Positions 43,252-43,281 of a stretch of DNA of 43,281 nt are shown here, piece after piece; the first letter of the stretch is position 1; each line of letters starts with the position of its first letter. The translations under genes and the position numbers were made by a program. Source of the stretch: a virus (Duplodnaviria; Caudoviricetes); the IMG/VR virus record IMGVR_UViG_3300017645_000047, positions 1 through 43,281 of that record. The stretch is one strand, 5' to 3'. The notes below the pieces were generated by a model. The model searched no databases, was not told where the DNA came from, and worked only from the letters and a program-made list of their open reading frames with translations.

Positions 43252-43281
43252 TGGGGTGGACGATGGGAATCGAACCCACGA
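43252..43281 (-). tRNA. Host tRNA, 3' part (probably tRNA-His), truncated by the window edge
   Basis: Minus strand TCGTGGGTTCGATTCCCATCGTCCACCCCA: T arm, C discriminator and CCA; anticodon outside the window. Confidence 0.75.

Overview
The window is almost entirely one apparently complete ~43.06 kb T7-like (Autographiviridae-type) prophage (112..43170). It is integrated into the anticodon arm of a host tRNA-Leu(UAG) gene within a tRNA cluster (tRNA-His upstream); GC content and tRNA context suggest Pseudomonas, probably P. aeruginosa. Nearly all genes are on the minus strand. From right to left: single-subunit RNA polymerase, ssb, endonuclease I, amidase, BRO-N protein, primase/helicase, PolA, thyX, exonuclease, MazG, nrdA/endoVII/nrdB, portal, scaffold, capsid, tail and internal virion proteins, tail fibre with a gp38-like adhesin, holin, terminases, two plus-strand envelope morons, a non-coding control region, early genes, a MarR-like repressor, a phage tRNA and a tyrosine integrase. 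Main observations: (1) integration splits the host tRNA-Leu(UAG) without rebuilding it, and the phage carries a sequence-divergent replacement tRNA-Leu(UAG) beside int; (2) about 16 copies of a palindromic operator (ATSCAC-NN-GTGGAT) are spread genome-wide, including inside genes; (3) a tandem pair of NrdR-box-like sites 32 bp apart lies just upstream of the main early promoter; (4) there are 10 phage-RNAP promoters (ATTAGGWCGCAC..), one upstream of the RNAP gene itself. All calls come from reading motifs by eye; no searches were run.
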